NCBI GenBank assembly: GCA_965248835.1
Contig: CBDFLJ010000002.1
Location: forward strand, 2,272,001-2,336,000
Reading direction: 5' to 3'
Length of the DNA stretch: 64,000 nucleotides
Source: Alphaproteobacteria bacterium
GTDB lineage: Bacteria > Pseudomonadota > Alphaproteobacteria > MPNO01
Below the pieces are notes generated by a model. It worked only from the letters and a program-made list of their open reading frames with translations. It was not told where the DNA came from and did not search any database. Shown here piece after piece: positions 62,150-64,000 of this stretch. Position 1 is the stretch's first letter, and each line of letters opens with the position of its first letter. A program made the translations under genes and the position numbers.

Positions 62150-62359
62150 TCTTCTCCCGGCACCGGCGAGGGCCGCAGCGGCGCCTCGAGCCCGAGACCG
62201 TGGTGTTCCGGCTCTGGCCCCATAAAAGAGCTTCATGATTCGGGTTGGATCTGATTCGAGCTGCCAGACCATGGGAGCTCGGGGATGTCGGAGAGCTTCT
62301 GGCGGAGCGATGAGCGGTCTGGGCGTCTGGCGCCGTTGCTGCCGTCGGATGCGCGCGGC

Positions 62360-62539
62360 GTGCCCTCGCCCGAAGACGAATTTCAAGAACGCAAGGTCTC
62401 CAAGGCGGCGGCCATCCGTATGAAGACGCTCATGGACCGCGGCTTGGACCGGTTGCTCCATGTCTACGACGTGGGCGACCGTTGGTGGTACGATGTGGTC
62501 ATCGAAGAGGTCTTCGAAGGCGACGCGGTCATCGCGTAA
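62360..62539 (+). pseudogene. pRiA4b ORF-3 family fragment
   Basis: LLHVYDVGDRWWYDVVIE resembles the YDFGD.W.H motif. Confidence 0.55.
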
Positions 62540-62590
62540 GGGGTGCTGCGCCGTGCGGTATCGGCGCGAAACGATTTGTTTCGGAGGTGG

Positions 62591-63076
62591 ATGATGTGGC
62601 GCGCCATTGCGCTATTCATGATCGGCGGCGTTTGCGGTACCGGGCTCGGCGTTGCGCTGGGATTCTTCGCCTTTCCTTACGTGTTCCCCCCGCCCGAAGC
62701 GGCGGAGACGTTGCGTGCCGGCGAGCGGACCGAGGTCGTGGCCAAGGGCATGTTCATCCACGCCAACCCGTCGGACCCGGTCCATTACGGCAAGGGCGGC
62801 GTGACCGTCTACGAGAACACGGTCTTCCTGGAGCAGGATTTCGAGGTCGGGCCGGGGCCGAAATTCCACGTCTACCTGGTGCCCAGGGCCATGGTGCGGG
62901 AATCCGCGCATGTCGCCCAGGCCATGTTCGTCGACCTGGGCCGCCTGCGCGCGTTCAAGGGCAGCCAGAAATACGCCATCCCGGCCGGCATCGACCTGAC
63001 CAGGTTCGACAGCGTCGTCATCTGGTGCGAGCGATTCAAGGTATTGATCTCGCCGGCGGACCTGAAACGCGGCTAG
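62591..63076 (+). CDS. DM13 domain protein with N-terminal membrane anchor
   Basis: HYGKG, GPKFHVYL, DLGRLRAFKGSQKYAIP, SVVIWCERF. Confidence 0.87.
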   Translation: MMWRAIALFMIGGVCGTGLGVALGFFAFPYVFPPPEAAETLRAGERTEVVAKGMFIHANPSDPVHYGKGGVTVYENTVFLEQDFEVGPGPKFHVYLVPRAMVRESAHVAQAMFVDLGRLRAFKGSQKYAIPAGIDLTRFDSVVIWCERFKVLISPADLKRG

Positions 63077-63164
63077 GGTTTTATCCGGCCGCGGCCTTCG
63101 CCATCGCGCGCAGCGCGCGGTCGAGCCGCGCTCCGGCATGGCCGCGCGGCCGGGGACAAGTTCA

Positions 63165-63719
63165 ATGATTGCGCCTGACGCACCCTTCAAGGGCAGCGAC
63201 GGACTGACGGTCGGGGACTTCTGGGCGTGGGCCTTCTCTGATCTGCTCTCGAACGCAACCAGAGGCATCCTCGCCGAGTTCGTAGTGGCCGCCAGATTGG
63301 GCGTTCATCACCAGCCGCGCATTGAATGGGATTCCCATGACCTGACGTACAAAGGTCATGGAATCGAGGTGAAGTCGGCCGGCTACCTGCAATCGTGGCA
63401 ACAGTCGACTCCGTCGAAAATTCGCTTCGATGTACGCACCCGAAACGAAGTTTGGCAGCACGAGACAAACACCTGGGTGAAACCCGGTGGTCGAACTGCG
63501 GCCGTCTATGTTTTCTGCTTATTCGCCGAGGAGAGCGCCGAGCGGGCCAACGTCCTAGACCTCGCCCAATGGGAGTTTTACGTGATCTCGACGGGCGTCT
63601 TGAACGCCGAACTTGGAGATCAGAAATCGGTGGGCCTTACGAAGTTAAGGAAAATGACCCAGCCGATGGCTTATGACGCCATCAAGGCAGCGGTTGATAG
63701 GGCTCTAACACGCAGCTGA
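63165..63719 (+). CDS. Hypothetical restriction-endonuclease-like protein
   Basis: RGILAEFVV...HDL....GIEVKS catalytic pattern; lower GC than its neighbours. Confidence 0.65.
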   Translation: MIAPDAPFKGSDGLTVGDFWAWAFSDLLSNATRGILAEFVVAARLGVHHQPRIEWDSHDLTYKGHGIEVKSAGYLQSWQQSTPSKIRFDVRTRNEVWQHETNTWVKPGGRTAAVYVFCLFAEESAERANVLDLAQWEFYVISTGVLNAELGDQKSVGLTKLRKMTQPMAYDAIKAAVDRALTRS

Positions 63720-63878
63720 TTGATGTGGTTTTCGCCTATTACAGATATATAAATCAGTGGGTTAGATAAGGTGGAGGCTAGCTCGGATGCGGAACCCGGA
63801 GGGCGGCTCGGATCGCCGACAGCATCGCGGCGGATATTCTGGCGGCCGGCTCTGGGTCGGACGGTGACCAAGTACACG

Positions 63879-63928
63879 CAGGCTCATAACCTGAAGGCCG
63901 CAGGTTCAAATCCTGCCCCCCGCAACCA
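63879..63928 (+). other. 3' half of tRNA-fMet(CAT), att-like island boundary
   Basis: caggctCATaacctgaaggccgcaggttcaaatcctgccccccgcaacca; the 5' acceptor strand and D arm are absent. Confidence 0.85.
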
Positions 63929-63934
63929 CTGAAT

Positions 63935-63967
63935 CCCCTGAAACCATTGAAGTTTTCGGGGGTTTTT
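63935..63967 (+). terminator. Hairpin plus T-tract after the tRNA fragment
   Basis: cccctgaaac...tttcggggg followed by ttttt. Confidence 0.55.
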
Positions 63968-64000
63968 CGATTCTCGGATTGGGTCTGAGTTTGAGCTGTC

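Noticed and set aside
63850-63928. Functional tRNA-Met gene
   Set aside because: The sequence upstream of 63879 cannot form the D arm or the 5' acceptor strand

Overview
This is a GC-rich (probably alphaproteobacterial) accessory region, apparently the distal 64 kb of a genomic island. It ends at a duplicated 3' half of tRNA-fMet (63879-63928), an att-like site; no integrase lies in the window. Contents in order: (1) a livHMGF-K type ABC operon; (2) a class II aldolase gene split by an IS5-family element, its halves ~22.6 kb apart on opposite strands because the 21.4-kb segment between two inverted IS copies is inverted; (3) a putative N-heterocycle catabolic cluster (cysteine hydrolase, alpha/beta hydrolase, DUF1989, an unannotated 53-aa RHH-like ORF, two RidA, FAH, cupin, sugar-type ABC, LysR pseudogene, PuuE-like deacetylase), then a second DUF1989, a ThDP decarboxylase and an MFS; (4) an E1alpha/E1beta/free lipoyl domain/lipoate ligase operon without E2 or E3; (5) a 3.2-kb inverted duplication of a MOBF mobilisation module with three tandem RHH genes; (6) an NYN RNase gene behind a two-hairpin terminator leader; (7) HigBA and FitAB toxin-antitoxin pairs, a PLP lyase, an amidohydrolase, an AT-rich phage-like relic, a secreted cyclase and a HEAT-repeat protein; (8) a type I R-M system with an extra nuclease-like gene. 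Many IS remnants (IS5, IS6, IS21, IS110, IS3, IS256, IS630, IS66, IS1380) are scattered throughout. The best candidates for undescribed biology are the structured-RNA plus NYN module, the RHH-partnered DUF1989 cluster, the E2-less dehydrogenase and the hsdS-hsdR intervening gene. All assignments come from motif recognition by eye; no database search was run.
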